Source: an uncultured Acidobacteriota bacterium (lineage in GTDB: Bacteria; Acidobacteriota; Thermoanaerobaculia; UBA5066; Gp7-AA6). From it: a stretch of DNA of 64,000 nt. The notes under the pieces were generated by a model. That model was given only the letters and a program-made list of their open reading frames with translations. It was not told the origin of the DNA and did not search any database. Made by a program: the position numbers and the translations under genes. The stretch is taken from assembly GCA_963823185.1 (NCBI GenBank), contig CAWGKP010000006.1, forward strand, positions 215,113 through 279,112, in the 5' to 3' direction. Shown here in pieces: positions 63,388 through 64,000 of the stretch; the first letter of the stretch is position 1, and the number at the start of each line of letters is the position of its first letter.

Positions 63388-63408
63388 GTTTCGATTGCAG
63401 GGGGAGAT

Positions 63409-63768
63409 ATGAATCTGAAGTCCCATGAGGCGCAGTACGTTCTCGCGGCTCTCGTGAAGCAGAAGAAGCTGCGGGTCTCACAGGTGCGCGCCACGCTCCG
63501 GGCGCGGGAGCACGAGATCCGCGAGCTGCGGGAGCGGTTGGCCGCGCTCGAAGCGGGCGCCGCGGCGTCCGTCGCGCGCGGGCGGCGGGTCGTGCGGCGC
63601 CGGGCGACGACGGCGAAGGTCCTCGCCCTCCGCAAGCTCCAGGGGCGCTACATGGGCTTCGTGCGGCGCCTGAAGGCGGCGGAAAAAGCGAAGGTGCGCG
63701 CGATCCGCGAGAAGCAGGGCCTGCCGGCGGCGATCCGCGCCGCGGTGTCGCTCGCGAAAAAGAAGTAA
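63409..63768 (+). CDS. hypothetical basic coiled-coil protein (119 aa)
   Basis: GGGGGAG RBS 2 nt upstream of the ATG. Lys/Arg-rich with a heptad-like segment REHEIRELRERLAALE. No family recognised. Confidence 0.55.
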   Translation: MNLKSHEAQYVLAALVKQKKLRVSQVRATLRAREHEIRELRERLAALEAGAAASVARGRRVVRRRATTAKVLALRKLQGRYMGFVRRLKAAEKAKVRAIREKQGLPAAIRAAVSLAKKK

Positions 63769-63790
63769 CGGAGGCAACCCCGGATTCCCG

Positions 63791-64000
63791 ATGGCTGGAC
63801 GAACGAGCGACCCCGAGAAGCCCAAGCGGCCAACCGGAACCCAGTCCCGGAAGCGTCCGACCCCGGACCAGTACGAGCTGAAGATCCGGTGGGACAAGGC
63901 GCGCGGCGTGATCGACGTGTCGCCGACCGGCGTTCAGTTCGATTTCGACAACCCGTTGAAGGTCGGCACGAAGTACCCGGTGACCCTGACGGCTCCGGGC
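63791..64000 (+). CDS. PilZ-like domain protein (N-terminal fragment; runs off the window)
   Basis: Own translation: MAGRTSDPEKPKRPTGTQSRKRPTPDQYELKIRWDKARGVIDVSPTGVQFDFDNPLKVGTKYPVTLTAPG. The basic RxxxR-like stretch and D-x-S-x-x-G (DVSPTG) resemble the PilZ c-di-GMP motifs. Tentative. Confidence 0.45.
   Translation, partial: MAGRTSDPEKPKRPTGTQSRKRPTPDQYELKIRWDKARGVIDVSPTGVQFDFDNPLKVGTKYPVTLTAPG

Noticed and set aside
1-64000. CRISPR arrays, tRNA/rRNA genes, transposases, integrases, prophage
   Set aside because: The short hairpin repeats are dispersed singletons or pairs rather than regularly spaced arrays. I saw no cloverleaf-like or rRNA-like stretches and no recombinase-like ORFs. This is by-eye inspection only, so a tRNAscan/Infernal run should confirm it.

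Overview
Very GC-rich (about 70% by eye, not computed) bacterial chromosomal segment. It is densely packed with about 60 protein genes, many joined by 4-nt ATGA/GTGA/TTGA start-stop overlaps. I found no rRNA, tRNA, CRISPR array, transposase or integrase by eye. The gene content includes BNR/sortilin-like exoproteins, CBM9/DUF5916-type outer-membrane proteins, an M1 peptidase with HEAT repeats and two MacAB-like exporters. That content would fit an Acidobacteriota-like Gram-negative, but this is inference only. The long Arg/Ala/Gly/Pro-rich ORFs in the track are off-frame or antisense artefacts of the GC bias, and I trimmed many track ORFs to their real C-terminal parts. Main points: (1) A minus-strand operon at 16836..19188 encodes a membrane-anchored TIR protein, a 98-aa stand-alone RyR-domain protein and a 4-TM tandem SLATT/DUF4231-like protein. 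This is my best candidate for an uncharacterised nucleotide-signalling defence module. (2) The SOS mutasome is split, with imuA-imuB at 20.2-22.7 kb and dnaE2 at 38.7-42.1 kb. Both parts sit behind a near-identical promoter/operator, TTGACTTACGCCTnATTTACGCCTA. (3) Two repeat families are present. One is a GTAGGGGC...GCCC hairpin family with compensatory stem changes, two copies of which lie in frame inside dnaE2 and a degenerate one inside imuB. The other is a 216-223-bp element with inverted termini that sits directly after stop codons at three loci. (4) Two genes have a broken reading frame (a BNR protein and an outer-membrane paralogue), each with an intact paralogue in the window. All domain calls are from motif recognition by eye. 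No searches were run.
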